NCBI GenBank assembly: GCA_964016885.1
Contig: OZ024741.1
Location: 161,386,001 to 161,450,000 of the forward strand
Length of the DNA: 64,000 nt
Direction of reading: 5' to 3'
Source of the DNA: Eledone cirrhosa
Taxonomy: Eukaryota
Both the position numbers and the translations under genes were made by a program. The notes beneath the pieces were generated by a model, which worked only from the letters and a program-made list of their open reading frames with translations, did no database searches and had not been told where the DNA came from. This document shows positions 62,790-64,000 of the stretch, piece after piece (position 1 is the first letter of the stretch; each line of letters opens with the position of its first letter).

Positions 62790-64000
<1,211 letters not shown>

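Overview
Eukaryotic, AT-rich, microsatellite-saturated genomic DNA. The tRNA-derived SINE family, the RTE LINEs and the repeat landscape suggest an octopus or other coleoid cephalopod; this is an inference. Only one likely host exon was found: the first coding exon of a type II membrane protein resembling aminopeptidase N (minus strand, 11067-11445). The rest is a mosaic of mobile elements. These include a near-intact full-length Tx1/L1-clade LINE sitting in a (GTCT)n microsatellite, a 5'-truncated RTE LINE with an open RT frame, an inserted PHD finger and a 10-bp TSD, and a near-complete Penelope-like (Naiad-type) RT+GIY-YIG frame broken only by two in-frame stops at likely Trp positions. There are also decayed RTE, CR1-like, R4/Dong-like, Helitron and Gypsy remnants, MITEs and many SINEs. 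The most notable hidden signal is about a dozen minimal type I hammerhead-ribozyme motifs (CTGANGA...GAAA...NTH) from several unrelated families. Most lie in inverted or direct terminal repeats of small elements inserted into (TA)n tracts, including a 2.4-kb non-coding element with terminal direct repeats. Most ORFs in the supplied track are microsatellite artefacts. All coordinates and motif calls were made by eye.
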